Shown: positions 1 to 11,698, numbered from the stretch's first letter. The stretch is 64,000 nucleotides of DNA from Patescibacteria group bacterium (GCA_004322205.1 SCSN01000005.1:6642-70641); one strand, 5' to 3'. The notes: generated by a model from the letters alone, not told the origin. Numbers and translations are program-made.

Positions 1-256
1 CTCCATGCTTTTCCTTAGAGACAGGAATAATGTGCGAGTCGCGCTTTGCCAATTCCTTTAAAATATCTGGGGTTTTGTCTTTTTGTCCACCATTTTCGTA
101 ATAATTTGCCACTGGGATTAATTCGTATGAGAGACCGCGTTCTTCAATTAATCTCTTCATCTCCAATATAAAACCTACCACCGTTCTGCCTTCTCTATAG
201 CAAAGAATTACAACAGAAATGTCGGGAACTTTTGTTTCATTATTGATTTTCTCCAT
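1..256 (-). CDS. Glycosyltransferase family 2, N-terminal part only; the gene continues beyond the window's left edge
   Basis: Minus-strand translation from the ATG at 254-256 gives [29 protein letters not shown]..., matching the GT2 'ISVVIPCYNE'-type N-terminal signature. Overlaps the stop of the upstream gene by about 17 nt. Confidence 0.6.
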   Translation of the reverse strand, partial: MEKINNETKVPDISVVILCYREGRTVVGFILEMKRLIEERGLSYELIPVANYYENGGQKDKTPDILKELAKRDSHIIPVSKEKHG

Positions 257-1679
257 CTCCTTTTTCAATTTCCTCGTGATAGACACGTTCGACATTCACA
301 TTCCAGATGTCATGTCTGGCCCCAAATATATTTTCAACTGAAAGCATTGCGGTTAGCATTGCGTGATCTTGATTATTGTATTTGTGCATACCGTTCCTTC
401 CCACTGGATAGAGGTTTTTGAATTTTTTAATCTCCTCCCGGACTGTCGGCATGACTCGCTCGTAGGAACTGTCGTACACTGGGTATGTCTTTTCCATTCT
501 TGCCACGGCCCCATCAAGAACATCTCTTTTTTTCGCAAGCCCGATCTTCTCGAGCTCCTCGGCTCCCAACCTAATAAGCTCTTTATCGGACATATTCCAA
601 ACGTGATCATTCTTGAAGCAATAATACTCGAGACCAAGGCAGGTGGTGTTTGGGTTAGAAACCATCTCAGGCGACCAGTTCTTGAAATTCTCAATTCGTC
701 CCATTGAAACCCCGGGGTCGTGAACGTAGATCCAGTTATCCGAAAACATATCGCGGTGATTAAGAATAAGCGCCACTAAAATAAAGTCACGGTAATGAAG
801 TCCTTGTGCTGCTTCCCTTAGCTCGGACGAGACGGGGGGGTCCAGAAGAAAGAGAAGCTCACTAATCGGCATACTCGACACAAGTGCATTACATTCTATA
901 ATTTCCTCCTCCCCTTCTTCATTACGAATGCGCACTCCGGTTATTTTTTTATCTGCGCGAAGAACAGAGACCACCTCAATAGCAAAACGGACTTTTCCGT
1001 ATCCCGAGTCTTCAACAAGTTTTTTGGTGCGCTCCCACATCATACCGGGCCCAAACCTTGGATAATAAAACTCTTCAATCAAGGTTTTGATTTTATTCCC
1101 GCGATTGCCAAAAAGAGCGGCGCGCACCAAGCCGCCAAATGATAATCCTTTAATCCGCTGAGCTGCCCATTCCGCACGGATTTCAGTACAAGGGATGCCC
1201 CAGACCTTTTCGGTGTACGATTTAAAAAATGTACGATACAGCCGTTCGCCAAAGTTGTTAATGATGTAATCTTCAAATGACTCCTCGCGAGGACGTTTGT
1301 TCAGTTTTGCATATAAAAAACTGCAGCCAGCAAGAAAGGTTTCCCACAAACCTAATTTATTGAGAACATCAAAAGGTTTGATTGGATAACTAAAAAATTT
1401 TTTCTTATAGTAAATTCTAGAAAGCCGGGGGCGACGTAAAAAATCACCACCAAGAACTTCCCGCCACATATCCATTGCCCGATCAACTTTGGTAAAAAAA
1501 CGGTGCCCACCCATATCAAAACGGTATCCTTTATATTTAACTGTTCGAGAAATACCGCCGACAACCCTGTCTTTCTCAAGAATGACTGACCGCGTCTGCC
1601 GTTTTGCAAGTTCATACGCGGCAGTAAGCCCTGCCGGTCCGGCTCCAATGATAATAACTTCTGTAAAGGATTTCTTCAT
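240..1679 (-). CDS. FAD/NAD(P)-binding oxidoreductase (amine-oxidase / UDP-galactopyranose-mutase-like Rossmann flavoprotein)
   Basis: 479-aa ORF with the N-terminal dinucleotide-binding motif [17 protein letters not shown] followed by a conserved E and GG(I/R) motifs. Sits at the 3' end of the glycan cluster. Confidence 0.7.
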   Translation of the reverse strand: MKKSFTEVIIIGAGPAGLTAAYELAKRQTRSVILEKDRVVGGISRTVKYKGYRFDMGGHRFFTKVDRAMDMWREVLGGDFLRRPRLSRIYYKKKFFSYPIKPFDVLNKLGLWETFLAGCSFLYAKLNKRPREESFEDYIINNFGERLYRTFFKSYTEKVWGIPCTEIRAEWAAQRIKGLSFGGLVRAALFGNRGNKIKTLIEEFYYPRFGPGMMWERTKKLVEDSGYGKVRFAIEVVSVLRADKKITGVRIRNEEGEEEIIECNALVSSMPISELLFLLDPPVSSELREAAQGLHYRDFILVALILNHRDMFSDNWIYVHDPGVSMGRIENFKNWSPEMVSNPNTTCLGLEYYCFKNDHVWNMSDKELIRLGAEELEKIGLAKKRDVLDGAVARMEKTYPVYDSSYERVMPTVREEIKKFKNLYPVGRNGMHKYNNQDHAMLTAMLSVENIFGARHDIWNVNVERVYHEEIEKGDGENQ

Positions 1680-2164
1680 TACACTAAGTCGGACATTTTA
1701 TCAGAATGATGAATGCGGTGAAAGACAAGATGTTTATAAACAAAGAAACTGTACAGAGCAATAACACCACTTGCTAAGATTTGCGCCACTAGATAATGGA
1801 ATCGCATGATGTCAACCTGGACATACATAAAAAAAGTATTAAGCACCAAATTCGCGAGAGCAATAATAAGATAAAGTGTGAGCTGTTTGGGAATTCTTTC
1901 TCGAGAATACTCACCGAAAGTCATAAATTTTTGCATTATAAAACTTACGGAAAAGGCGGCAATAAAAGCAATAATCGCTGCAACCAGATACCACATCTGA
2001 AATATCTGGACCAAAACGTACAGAAGCCCCAAATCAACGACTGCCGCCGTGCCGCCGGCAAAAAGAAAACGAAACACCTGATGATTAAAAATTTTTTTGA
2101 ATACTTTTCCCATCAGATGTGCGGTTCTATAAATGCCAAAATATTTTGCGCTCTCTTCCTCCAA
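1679..2164 (-). CDS. GtrA-family membrane protein (polysaccharide synthesis / flippase accessory); true start probably the internal Met at about 2113
   Basis: About 145-160 aa with 4 TM helices, GtrA-like [19 protein letters not shown] motif. The ORF start overlaps the upstream GT4 stop. Confidence 0.55.
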   Translation of the reverse strand: MEEESAKYFGIYRTAHLMGKVFKKIFNHQVFRFLFAGGTAAVVDLGLLYVLVQIFQMWYLVAAIIAFIAAFSVSFIMQKFMTFGEYSRERIPKQLTLYLIIALANLVLNTFFMYVQVDIMRFHYLVAQILASGVIALYSFFVYKHLVFHRIHHSDKMSDLV

Positions 2165-3234
2165 GAATATTGCTCTACTCTGGAAAGTGCCATATTGGCT
2201 TTCTGTCTCGCTTCATCGTAGTTTTTGAGAACTAAGTCAACTGTTTCTGCTAAGCTTTTTGGATCATCTGGAGTAAAAAAATATACCATACTTTCATCAA
2301 GCACTTCCCGCAATGACGGCAGATCTGAAGAAATGATTGGTGTGCCGCTGGCCATGTATTCAAAGAGCTTCATTGGAGAAGTGTATAACTGAGAAATTCT
2401 GTCTTTCGAACTGTTAGGAAGAACCAAAACGTCGGCAGCTTTTAAATACAAAGGAACTTCATGGTGGAGTTTTTGGCCCAAAATATGAATATTTTGAATA
2501 TGCCTATACTTTCTCTGAAAGCTCTCAATATCCTCTCTCGTCCCGCCGACAAAAAACACTTCCGCATCGATATTTTTCGCGGCATCTGCCAATATATCCA
2601 CCCCTTTCCAAGAGTACAGATGTCCAGTATACAAAACTATTCTTTTTTCAACAGGTAAACCCAATTTTTTTCTTGCGTCTTGTTTTGGAATCGGAATTGA
2701 AAAAGGCTCCAGATCTACTCCATCAGGAGAGACTAAAATGTTCTTTGCTCTGGCGCCAAATGATATATAAAGACTTTTCAGTGCTTGTGTAATCAGAACA
2801 AGTTTAACTTTTTTTCTCTTAACAACTCTCCTGACTATAAAATTTTTTTCTCCTCTGTGGCTTTCCCAGATTACATTGCGACCTATGTTTGAAAAATAAA
2901 AAGCGGCAACTTCATCGCGAGTGTAAAAAACGGCTTCGGCAGCGGAAAAAAAGCGCCAAAACGCAAATTCAAAAAAAGTAAGCGATTCAATTAAAAAACC
3001 TAACTTTCCCCACCTTACCAAATCAAGACACGGGATTTTTATTATCTTAAATTTTCTTTTGATTCCGTAATACAAGAATGGATCATCTTTAATAAAGTTT
3101 TTCCGCCTGGGAACAACCAGTTTAACTCCCACCCCTTGAGCGGCAAATGCCTCGCACATCTTCATTATCTGAATGCCGTGCGCCTTTTCTGTCGGAAGGC
3201 GTATGTTGGCTATGTATATCAACTTCATACTCAT
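2113..3234 (-). CDS. Glycosyltransferase family 4 (GT-B, group 1)
   Basis: 373 aa with the C-terminal GT4 motif [21 protein letters not shown]. Confidence 0.8.
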   Translation of the reverse strand: MSMKLIYIANIRLPTEKAHGIQIMKMCEAFAAQGVGVKLVVPRRKNFIKDDPFLYYGIKRKFKIIKIPCLDLVRWGKLGFLIESLTFFEFAFWRFFSAAEAVFYTRDEVAAFYFSNIGRNVIWESHRGEKNFIVRRVVKRKKVKLVLITQALKSLYISFGARAKNILVSPDGVDLEPFSIPIPKQDARKKLGLPVEKRIVLYTGHLYSWKGVDILADAAKNIDAEVFFVGGTREDIESFQRKYRHIQNIHILGQKLHHEVPLYLKAADVLVLPNSSKDRISQLYTSPMKLFEYMASGTPIISSDLPSLREVLDESMVYFFTPDDPKSLAETVDLVLKNYDEARQKANMALSRVEQYSWRKRAQNILAFIEPHI

Positions 3235-3914
3235 TTAATCAAAAAAACATTGTATCCGCTTACTTGTTTCGTTCGGATTTTGCCGGACATCATATCAAGA
3301 AAATACCAAAACGGATGGAGAAATCGAATCCTCCCCAAGGGGCTTAATTTTATCCATGTTTCAATTGCTCCTCTCACTGGCATTGTCTCTACGCTTGAGA
3401 ATGGTTTTGATAACCATCGAAGGCTGTCCTCGGTAAATCTCCAAAAATCTCCGTAATATCCTTTTTCTGCATGATAATAGTAAAGAAAAGGTACATAGAC
3501 GAAACAATATCCTCCACTTTTAAGTACTCTATGAATTTCTCTAAATGCTAAAATGGGGTTTTCAACATGCTCCAGGACGGCAATACAGATAATTGCATCT
3601 TGGGAATTATCCGGAAATGGGAGGTTGTGTATATCTCCCACCATATCTGGATGATATGTGTCTACCAAGTCAAGAATTTTATAATCAGCATTTGAAAGAT
3701 GCGGACGAATCCATTCACGAGAAGCATCATACCGGTTATTTTTTCCTTTCATCAAACGCAAACCGCCCCCAATGTCAATAACCGATTTTTTTTCGGTAAA
3801 AATCTTTTTAATCTTCTCTACAAAAAAATGCTCCCAGGGAGTTTCCATAAATCCGAAGACACTATACACGTTTTTTGAACCTTGTAATATTTTGCTCTCG
3901 AGGTATTTTCTCAA
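3231..3914 (-). CDS. Class I SAM-dependent methyltransferase
   Basis: SAM-binding motif I VIDIGGG and motif [17 protein letters not shown]. 4-nt overlap with the downstream GT. Confidence 0.75.
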   Translation of the reverse strand: MRKYLESKILQGSKNVYSVFGFMETPWEHFFVEKIKKIFTEKKSVIDIGGGLRLMKGKNNRYDASREWIRPHLSNADYKILDLVDTYHPDMVGDIHNLPFPDNSQDAIICIAVLEHVENPILAFREIHRVLKSGGYCFVYVPFLYYYHAEKGYYGDFWRFTEDSLRWLSKPFSSVETMPVRGAIETWIKLSPLGRIRFLHPFWYFLDMMSGKIRTKQVSGYNVFLIK

Positions 3915-4083
3915 ATACTTAAAAGAAAGCGCGCAGTTTTAACATTCAGCTGTCAGTACAGTAACATAAAAATAAAAAATGGACAAGTTATCTATTAAAT
4001 ATAATCCTCCGTAAGAACTGCTTGCAACAATAGACTGGGTTAACAAAACTACCCAGATGGGAAAGACAATATTAAAGGAATGC

Positions 4084-6306
4084 TCATATGGGGAGTTTCT
4101 TGCCGGTCATTATGGCCTCAATGTAAAAATATGCGTCTTCTTTGACGGCGGGGTGTCTTTTGGCTACATCTTGAAGTACGCTTATTGCCTCGGAGAGAAA
4201 GCCGGCCTTGGCGTAAGCAGCGGCCAGAGAAAAGAAGTTTTGAGAGTTGCCCGGCGCTTCCTCGACCAGCTTTTTCCAAAGCGCAATAACTTTGCCGTAC
4301 TCGCCGACAGCGGCATAAGCGTTAATGACTTCCGGCCTCGCCCAGAGTTCGCCGTCAAATCTGCTCTTTACAAGCTCCTCGGCCTTCTCTGACTGGCCGC
4401 TTAAAATCAAAGCCGCCAAATAGTCCGCCATAGCATTGTCAATATAGAAAGTGTAAGCCGGGTCGCTGACGTCAAAGCGAGACTCCAGCTCATAAAGCGC
4501 TCCGTACTCCTGTGCGGCTTCGGCGAATTTTTTCTCCTCCATGTAAATGTCTCCGAGAGCCTTACGAATATTTTTTCTTGACGGAGAAAGTTCCTTGGCG
4601 TGAGAGAGGAAAACGATTGCCAAGTCCTTCTCACTGTAGGCACGGAAAAGATCGCCGAGAAAAATAAAATTCTTGACAACACGAGGATGTCGCAGAGCTT
4701 CCTTGCTGACTTCCCTAACCCCTAATTCAAACAACGCTCTTTTCTCTTTCTCCTCTACTGTCTGATTTCTGGAAACAGCAACAGCAAATTCCGCAATTTC
4801 CTGTCTGACTCTGCCCTTATCAAACGGTGTCCAAGAGAGAGCACGATTGAAAAAAGCACTTCTGCCTAGAACGGGAGTAATCTCTGGCGGGGTGATGGAG
4901 AGAGTAAGGAGTCTTCCGGCGACGGCCGCCCTGACATGAAAAACCACTCCCGCCGCCACCAGAAAAAGAACGGCAGCTCTCAAAACCCGCTGGCTTCCTC
5001 GCGAGAGTCCCCAACCTAAAACTTCGGGTGAACTTTGAGAAGAAAGATAAGAGAGAAAAAGAAAAAGAGGAATAAGGCCGGCCAGAGTATCAAAAACAAA
5101 AAGGATGTTGATAAAATATGCCGAAAGTAAACCCGTGAAAATTGTCCTCTCTGCAAGAGAAAAGACGTACTCCCCTTCTTTCTTACGCCAGAGAATAAAA
5201 AAAGGAGATAGAAGAAGCAGAAGAAAAGCGAGAGCGCCCAGAAAACCCGCGGAGACAGCCCAGTCCAAAAAAGAGTTGTGGGCTCGGTCAAACCACGATT
5301 CCTGCAATGAGAGCTTGGGATTGTAGAAACGCTCAAAGACAAGAGGAAAACTCTCCTGTCCCCAGCCCAAAATTGGTCGTGCCAACACACCTTGCCAAGC
5401 TGTGCGCCAGACCATAAAACGAGGACTATCAGATATGCGGCCTTGGACAAGCTCTTGAAAGCGCGAGAGAGTCCGCGACTCCACTGGGTCGGCGTGCTTA
5501 AGGAAAATAGCCGAACCAACAGCCAAAGACAAAGCAATTAAGAAAACGGCGCCGACCAAAACGAATTTTCTTTTCCCCGCCCTTCTCATAATCAGCCAGA
5601 TAAAAAATGTAACCAAAGCACCAATCAAGAGTGCCAGAAGCGCCCCGCGGGTAGCTGTTTTATAAAGCACAAAAATCTCCAGAGCCAAAAGCAATAAAAG
5701 AGCGAAAGGGCGGTGCCGCTTGACTAATAACCCTTCTTGCCGAGCCCGCCAGATAAGCAAGGCGATGAAGAAAATATGAAAGAGAAGGTAGGTGGCAAAA
5801 TAGGCGGCATTGCCGAATGGGCCATCCAGCCGCTCTACCACGGCGCCTCCGGCAAAGAGTTTCAAGACCTCGGCGAAAGAAACAAAGGCGCTTACACCGA
5901 CAGAGACCAGAAGCATTCTCTGCCACAACTGCCTGCTGGCGAGAGCGCTTGCGGCAACAACAAATAAGACAAAGAGATGGAGATAAGTGATAAATCCCTC
6001 CATTCTCTCGTAACTTGAGAGAAAACTTGCCGCGCGATCGGGACTCACGATATCGGCAAAGAAAACGACAGTCAAGAACGCGGAGAGGGCGTAAAAGATA
6101 GGCGAAGAAAGACCAGAGAGACTGACTTTCTTTTTCAAGAAAAGGAAAAACCAGACAAGAAATAAAAATTCAACCAGGAGCCGGAAGAATAAACTGCGGC
6201 CTAAAACAAAGGGGAAAAAGAGAGAGTTAGTGACAACCAGAGGAAAAAACAGAAGCAGCAGTAAGCCAGTGGTGAGCACTACAAAAGAAGCAGAATTTCT
6301 TTGCAT
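4084..6306 (-). CDS. O-antigen ligase/polymerase-like (Wzy_C) polytopic membrane protein with C-terminal TPR repeats
   Basis: 740 aa. The N-terminal two-thirds is very hydrophobic (more than 10 TM helices) and resembles Wzy_C. The C-terminal ~250 aa carries TPR-like AxxYxxLG...A repeats. Confidence 0.65.
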   Translation of the reverse strand: MQRNSASFVVLTTGLLLLLFFPLVVTNSLFFPFVLGRSLFFRLLVEFLFLVWFFLFLKKKVSLSGLSSPIFYALSAFLTVVFFADIVSPDRAASFLSSYERMEGFITYLHLFVLFVVAASALASRQLWQRMLLVSVGVSAFVSFAEVLKLFAGGAVVERLDGPFGNAAYFATYLLFHIFFIALLIWRARQEGLLVKRHRPFALLLLLALEIFVLYKTATRGALLALLIGALVTFFIWLIMRRAGKRKFVLVGAVFLIALSLAVGSAIFLKHADPVESRTLSRFQELVQGRISDSPRFMVWRTAWQGVLARPILGWGQESFPLVFERFYNPKLSLQESWFDRAHNSFLDWAVSAGFLGALAFLLLLLSPFFILWRKKEGEYVFSLAERTIFTGLLSAYFINILFVFDTLAGLIPLFLFLSYLSSQSSPEVLGWGLSRGSQRVLRAAVLFLVAAGVVFHVRAAVAGRLLTLSITPPEITPVLGRSAFFNRALSWTPFDKGRVRQEIAEFAVAVSRNQTVEEKEKRALFELGVREVSKEALRHPRVVKNFIFLGDLFRAYSEKDLAIVFLSHAKELSPSRKNIRKALGDIYMEEKKFAEAAQEYGALYELESRFDVSDPAYTFYIDNAMADYLAALILSGQSEKAEELVKSRFDGELWARPEVINAYAAVGEYGKVIALWKKLVEEAPGNSQNFFSLAAAYAKAGFLSEAISVLQDVAKRHPAVKEDAYFYIEAIMTGKKLPI

Positions 6307-6320
6307 AAATGCCGAATTTC

Positions 6321-8156
6321 TCAGCAGGAAACATTATACTTTCTGGCCCAGATTTGGAAAGTCAGAATCGCCCAAATGAGGTTCAGATGATACCCTCGCT
6401 TGGCCATGTGGTCATCAAGAAGAACATTTATCCTCGGCCAGTTAAAGATCTTTCCAGTTTGGCTATTGTACCCTTCACTCAAAATCAAACGAACTACCGA
6501 AAGAACCTTGGGTTCCCGGAGCCACTTTGCACCGGGCGCAAACCACCCTCTTTTTGGCTGGCGGAAGAGAAAATCTGGCAGATCTTTTGCAAAAGCTTCT
6601 CTTATAAGACGCTTGTTTGTCCGAAAGGAAATTTTTCGGCTGGCGGGAATGGAGAGGAGAAACTGTGCCAGCGGGAGATCCAAAAGCGGCACTCTCTGCT
6701 CCAGACTCGCCATCATAGACATGGTGTCGGCCAAAGCAAGAGCTTGGTCTGGAAGCCAACTTTCAAAATCCGCTCTCATAAGCATGTCTGGGCCGCTCTG
6801 CCATAGAAGATTTTCAAAAATATTTTTTTGAAAAAATTTTACAACATCGTCTTCAGATAAAAGTGTCCTTTGCTTGAAAACACCATCAAAATCAGTATCC
6901 TTCTGAAACATGAAAAGCTTGAATTGATCAATGCCGGGCTTGACAAGAAGTTTTTTCGCGCGACCACCGAGAATTGGCGTTATGAGTCCTGCAAACCCTG
7001 CCACTTTCTGGAAACTTTCTGCCAGTTTGGCGTAGCGATAGCGTTCATAGCCGCCGAACAATTCGTCACCCCCGTCGCCGGAAAGCGCCACAGTCACAAA
7101 CTTCTTCGTGAAGTTGGCCAGAAACAGCATCGGGATTGCTGTTGGGTTTGAAATAGGATCATCGCGTCCAGCGACTGCCTCCTCGAGAGAGGAAGCAACA
7201 TCATCCGGCGTAATCTCAACTGCGTGATGATTCGTTCGGTAATGGGCGGCGACCTTTTTCGCAATCAAAAAATCCTGATTGAACTTTTCTTCCTCTGCTT
7301 TGTTCGAAAGGCGAAAGCCGACTGAAAATGTTTCAATGTTCTCTGTGACTTTGGACATCGCATGAAGAACAGTTGTGGAATCGAGTCCGCCGGAGAGGTA
7401 AAGTCCCAATGGCCGGTCAGAAACCAACTGCCTTTTTACAGCCTTAAATATGAGTTTTTTGACTGTATCAAGAGTTTCTTCCCTCGACATTACAGCATTT
7501 CCCGCCCCCCACTGGAAAAACTTTTTGATTGTGATATTGCCGCCGCGCCAGGAGATATAATGTCCGGGCAGAAGTTTTTGTATCTTGGAAAATCCTGTCA
7601 GCGGCGCAGGGGTGTAAAGAATTCGAAAGAAAGCGGCAACTGCTAGAGGGTCAACCTCTCTCAAAACATCTTCGTGTAGAAGAATGGCTTTAATCTCCGA
7701 GGAAAAAATAAATTTCTTTTGATTAAAATAATACAAAAGTGGTTTCACGCCGACTGGATCGCGTGCCAGAACTAGCTCCTTCTCCTTCTTATCCCAAATA
7801 GCGAAGGCGTACATGCCGTTGAGCTTTCTGAAGCTCTCTTTACCCCACTTCTCATACGCCGCAAGAATTACTTCCGTGTCGCTTTTTGTTTTGAATGGGT
7901 AGTCGGAAAGTTCACGCCTTATATCTTCAAAATTGTAAATCTCCCCGTTATAGACAATGACAAAACGTCCGTCTTCGCCAGTCATGGGCTGATTTGCTCG
8001 CGGATCAAGGTCAATGATGCTTAAGCGGTTATTGCCAAGAGAAACAAGATCGTCGCAATAGAAACCAGCCGCGTCAGGACCGCGATGCCGAGTGATCTCA
8101 TTCATCCGCCGAATGAGCTTTTCGTCTTTCCAGTTGAATCCGTTGATGCCGCACAT
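6321..8156 (-). CDS. asnB: Asparagine synthase (glutamine-hydrolysing), AsnB-type amidotransferase
   Basis: 611 aa. MCGI N-terminal Cys nucleophile (class II GATase), SGGLDSTTV PP-loop, and the overall AsnB domain order. Confidence 0.85.
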   Translation of the reverse strand: MCGINGFNWKDEKLIRRMNEITRHRGPDAAGFYCDDLVSLGNNRLSIIDLDPRANQPMTGEDGRFVIVYNGEIYNFEDIRRELSDYPFKTKSDTEVILAAYEKWGKESFRKLNGMYAFAIWDKKEKELVLARDPVGVKPLLYYFNQKKFIFSSEIKAILLHEDVLREVDPLAVAAFFRILYTPAPLTGFSKIQKLLPGHYISWRGGNITIKKFFQWGAGNAVMSREETLDTVKKLIFKAVKRQLVSDRPLGLYLSGGLDSTTVLHAMSKVTENIETFSVGFRLSNKAEEEKFNQDFLIAKKVAAHYRTNHHAVEITPDDVASSLEEAVAGRDDPISNPTAIPMLFLANFTKKFVTVALSGDGGDELFGGYERYRYAKLAESFQKVAGFAGLITPILGGRAKKLLVKPGIDQFKLFMFQKDTDFDGVFKQRTLLSEDDVVKFFQKNIFENLLWQSGPDMLMRADFESWLPDQALALADTMSMMASLEQRVPLLDLPLAQFLLSIPASRKISFRTNKRLIREAFAKDLPDFLFRQPKRGWFAPGAKWLREPKVLSVVRLILSEGYNSQTGKIFNWPRINVLLDDHMAKRGYHLNLIWAILTFQIWARKYNVSC

Positions 8157-8159
8157 ATA

Positions 8160-8984
8160 TCATTCACTCTTCAGTGCCCTGATGCCCCTAACGCGCTTCA
8201 CTGTCAAAAATTCAGAAACGTGTTCAAAGTGTTGCCGGGCTTTTTTTCTAAAGACCTCATCCAATGTTTGGTCGTAAAGATTATAGGAGCTCCAGTACGC
8301 ATACAAACTCTCCGGTGAATTAAATCTCAACGGATTTTCAAAATCTGTTAGTAGAACTTCATCAAAGTATCTATAGGCCAGTTTCCGTCCTGTCTCTTCC
8401 ATAAATTCTACTCCTCCAGCTTCTGTTAATCTTACATTGTCTGCCAAAGTTCTCTGGAAGTCCTTAATCTCCCTGTTATTGTCTCCGGAAGGACCGCAGA
8501 AAAAAAAGATCCCGCCGCCTTTTAGAGCCCTGTAGATTGATGGGAAGAGTCTGTCCGGGGCTTCCGAATAATACAGCGCATAACTTGAAACCACGCGGTC
8601 AAAAATTCTCTCGAAATGATGCGTCGGAAAGTCGTCCAAACCCTCCCACACAGGTTCGACAATATTTGCAACCCCCGCCTGCTCCGCTGTCTCTCTCAAT
8701 ACCCGCAGCGACTCTTCGGATATATCTACCGCCCTAATATGGCCAGCCGGGCCTACAATACGCGCTAAATCAATACTCTGCTTGCCCCTGCCGGCCCCAA
8801 GATCAAGAATCTCCATGCCCGGCTTCGGCTCGAGGTGTGAAAATATCCAAGCGTTCAGCTCCTTTTCTCCGAACTTCTCATGCGCCTCAATCCGCTTCGA
8901 AAGCGCTTCTGAATTAGTGTTGAAGCGAGGAGTGTTTCTCATACAATACTTCAATAAAACCCCTCCGAATGACATTGGGCACAT
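8160..8984 (-). CDS. Class I SAM-dependent methyltransferase
   Basis: ILDLGAGRGKQSIDLA motif I and ALKGGGIFFFCGP motif post II. Confidence 0.75.
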   Translation of the reverse strand: MCPMSFGGVLLKYCMRNTPRFNTNSEALSKRIEAHEKFGEKELNAWIFSHLEPKPGMEILDLGAGRGKQSIDLARIVGPAGHIRAVDISEESLRVLRETAEQAGVANIVEPVWEGLDDFPTHHFERIFDRVVSSYALYYSEAPDRLFPSIYRALKGGGIFFFCGPSGDNNREIKDFQRTLADNVRLTEAGGVEFMEETGRKLAYRYFDEVLLTDFENPLRFNSPESLYAYWSSYNLYDQTLDEVFRKKARQHFEHVSEFLTVKRVRGIRALKSE

Positions 8985-9744
8985 GGCTTCTCATTTCCTT
9001 ATCAAATCTTAATTTTTCCATTGGAGAAAAGTTTTTAGTCTTCTCAAGAAAATACTCCTCAAGTGCGTCTTCCGGTTCTTTAGATTCGTCCGCCCACCAG
9101 ATAGGATGTGTGAGAAATTGGATCGGTCTGCCATCGGGAGCTTCCCTAAATTTGTCTAGAGGGTGACCCCAGCGGAACATCCCTCTTGAATCTGAACAAT
9201 ACTCTTCAGATAACTCTTGGGCATGAGCATTGATTCTGCCTTCGATTAAAAGCTCTTTGCCAAGACCTGACCACGGGCGATGAAACGAAAAAGAATGGAC
9301 TGGAATATCAGTGGCCGCTTCGAGATCTCTGCAGGCATCATCAATCTCATTAGAGAGAAGTGAAACTTGGACTCCGGAGTCTCGGGCGGTTTTACTGTCG
9401 AAATGCAAGCCAATCTCATGTCCAAGGTCATGAATTTTTCCTATACGTTCAAGATTACCTTGATCCTGGAGAGAATATACCGGGGCATTACTCATAACAA
9501 AGTACGTTGCCCGAACACCTTGGGAGTTTTCAATTTCCGCCATCTGTAGGGCTTTTCCCAGGTCAAAATCTACATCATGCCTAAAAAAAATACTCTTCGG
9601 CGAGTTGCGAAGAACAGACTCCGCTTCAGACATGAGTGCGGGGTAACGAGAGCGGCACGCCTCTTTAAGAAGATGCTCGTAGTACCTGTAGCTAAAATCC
9701 CGATTCATTGCTCCATATACTAGCCTACCGACGGGCTTTTTCAA
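8914..9744 (-). CDS. Polysaccharide deacetylase-like (divergent CE4-type) protein
   Basis: 276 aa with FRHDVD, a HDLGHEIGLH (HxxxH) motif and FHRPWSG, similar to CE4 motifs 1-3. Embedded among glycosyltransferases. Confidence 0.45.
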   Translation of the reverse strand: MKKPVGRLVYGAMNRDFSYRYYEHLLKEACRSRYPALMSEAESVLRNSPKSIFFRHDVDFDLGKALQMAEIENSQGVRATYFVMSNAPVYSLQDQGNLERIGKIHDLGHEIGLHFDSKTARDSGVQVSLLSNEIDDACRDLEAATDIPVHSFSFHRPWSGLGKELLIEGRINAHAQELSEEYCSDSRGMFRWGHPLDKFREAPDGRPIQFLTHPIWWADESKEPEDALEEYFLEKTKNFSPMEKLRFDKEMRSHVPNVIRRGFIEVLYEKHSSLQH

Positions 9745-10786
9745 GCAAACGAGCTATTTCAGAAGCAACATGGCGAACGTCATGTTTGTTTTTAACAATT
9801 TCACGGGAAAGCTTGGAATATTCTGCTCTTCGAGCCGAGCCCCATGAAAGCACTCGAGTAATACAGTAAGCAAGCCCCCGTGCGTCATCTTCAGGAAAGA
9901 AAAGATCATCGGCAAACTTTCCAAGATCGTTTTTATACACAGGGGTTGGTGTAATTGCAGGAATACCCGTACTCATCGCCTCAAGTTCAGTTTTTCCAAA
10001 CCCGCCGCCGCCCTGCATGCGAATAAAAATCTGGTGGGATCGATATACAGTCGGAGCGTCTTTGTTCGCAACCGGCCCCTCCCACGTAATAAACTCCCTC
10101 AGGTGATTTGCCACGACAAGAGCACGCAGTATTTTTTCATATTCCATATCATCACGACGCAGAGGGGTGCCGAAGATGTGCAGGCGAACGTCGGTTCTCT
10201 TTCGGTCTTTCACAAGTATTTTCATAGCCCGAATTGCTACTTCAATGCGCTTTTCTTTTGATATGCGAGAAATAGTCATAATTGAACTTGAAGTTGGAGC
10301 CGAGAGTCCGGGCGAGAACTGTTCTGTATCAATACCATGTCCGGTCGCGATAACCTTTGGAGAATCAAACTCAAAACTATCTTTTGACGGAGACAGAACA
10401 AAATCTGCGTGCTTTATTGCCCACCGCGCGGTCGGACTTACTTTTAAGTGCGCATACCACATAATAACTGGGCGGCGGAAGAAAACGTTTAGAGGATAGA
10501 GGGCTCTGACATATTCCGGTGCCATGTGTGCGAAAACTCCATCAACTTTGGGCAGGATTCTGAAAAGATACCAATAAAATCTAAACGCCTGCAATAACTT
10601 TGGCGCATTTTTTTCTTTACCGAGAGAGAAAAGCTCGACATTATCAGGTAAATCAGACGCCCCCACTGAAAGAGCAATGATCTTTATTGTGTCAAAATGT
10701 TCTGCCAAATGAGAAATCCAATAGTGAAAAAAACCGAGTACTGAATCTTCCCGATCAACTTTTTGCGTTATGATTAGAAGCCTCAC
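9725..10786 (-). CDS. Glycosyltransferase family 4
   Basis: 353 aa. EAMSTGIPAITPTPV GT4 C-terminal motif and an N-terminal GT-B fold. Confidence 0.8.
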   Translation of the reverse strand: MRLLIITQKVDREDSVLGFFHYWISHLAEHFDTIKIIALSVGASDLPDNVELFSLGKEKNAPKLLQAFRFYWYLFRILPKVDGVFAHMAPEYVRALYPLNVFFRRPVIMWYAHLKVSPTARWAIKHADFVLSPSKDSFEFDSPKVIATGHGIDTEQFSPGLSAPTSSSIMTISRISKEKRIEVAIRAMKILVKDRKRTDVRLHIFGTPLRRDDMEYEKILRALVVANHLREFITWEGPVANKDAPTVYRSHQIFIRMQGGGGFGKTELEAMSTGIPAITPTPVYKNDLGKFADDLFFPEDDARGLAYCITRVLSWGSARRAEYSKLSREIVKNKHDVRHVASEIARLLEKARR

Positions 10787-10836
10787 GATTGTAGTATTCT
10801 GACGGATGTCCGATACCCGTCAAGACTTTCATAGAG

Positions 10837-11697
10837 TTATTTGCATGCCACTATATCAAAATGCACAGCAAAATATCCCTTCCATTTTGCCGGACAAATT
10901 CTCTCGAAAAGTCTATTGATTCGGTAAAGTCCAAAACTAATATTCCATTTCGAGAGAAAAATCGATTTCGGAACAACTTCGAATCCTATTTCATAAATTC
11001 CTACCCCCCTAAAGCCTCTGAATAAATTATTCACCTCTTTTCTAGAGAAATATCGAACCGGCCCGTTCCTTAACCCCTGTCCCAGAAGAATGAGAAAACT
11101 AAGATATAGACCATCTCTCAAGCCTCTTAAGCTCCACTTATTAAAAAAAGAGCTCATTACAAAAACCTTACCGCCAGGTTTCAAAACTCTATATATTTCT
11201 CCAATGGAAAGACTGGTTACCTTTTTGGGATTATGAAGAAAAACGGCGGACACGACCGCATTGCTAACACTGTCACTTTTCAAAGGAATATTATCTATAC
11301 CACTCAGTATCAATAGCAGCGGTGTTCGATTCTCCAGATTGCTATTTTGATAGCGTTCATAAAAGAGGCGAAGCATTTCAGAAGAGCCGTCAAGACCGAT
11401 ATAGCCCTCAAAAACTCGCCTCTGCAGTAAATATTTTGCTATCCTTCCATAGCCACATCCAATATCAAGAATAACTCCCTCTATCAGTCTCGAGTTCAGA
11501 AAATTGACCGCTTCTCGACTTCTCTTTTGCTCCCAAGATTCACCGTCGGCGGCGATTGCAGCCGCAACCGGATTACGCCTGGCAAGATCACTCCAAATCT
11601 GTGATTCATTAAAATAATCCCTAGAACGAAAGAAGAAGGTTCCCTTTACGGCTTTTTCTAAAAGAACTCTCTTTAAAGTTGAAGCGGCGTGCATCAT
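10837..11697 (-). CDS. Class I SAM-dependent methyltransferase
   Basis: ILDIGCGYGRIAKYL motif I and VLKPGGKVFV. Confidence 0.7.
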   Translation of the reverse strand: MMHAASTLKRVLLEKAVKGTFFFRSRDYFNESQIWSDLARRNPVAAAIAADGESWEQKRSREAVNFLNSRLIEGVILDIGCGYGRIAKYLLQRRVFEGYIGLDGSSEMLRLFYERYQNSNLENRTPLLLILSGIDNIPLKSDSVSNAVVSAVFLHNPKKVTSLSIGEIYRVLKPGGKVFVMSSFFNKWSLRGLRDGLYLSFLILLGQGLRNGPVRYFSRKEVNNLFRGFRGVGIYEIGFEVVPKSIFLSKWNISFGLYRINRLFERICPAKWKGYFAVHFDIVACK

Positions 11698-11698
11698 T

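Noticed and set aside
4407-5537. Several antisense or alternative-frame ORFs (4407-4682, 4820-5014, 5016-5537, 5105-5326, 5660-5967)
   Set aside because: They are nested within the 740-aa ligase-TPR gene. Translations are biased low-complexity with no motifs.
8914-8984. 71-nt overlap between the methyltransferase (8160-8984) and deacetylase-like gene (8914-9744)
   Set aside because: Probably an over-extended ORF start. An internal Met of the methyltransferase likely serves as the start, so it is not treated as a fusion or frameshift.
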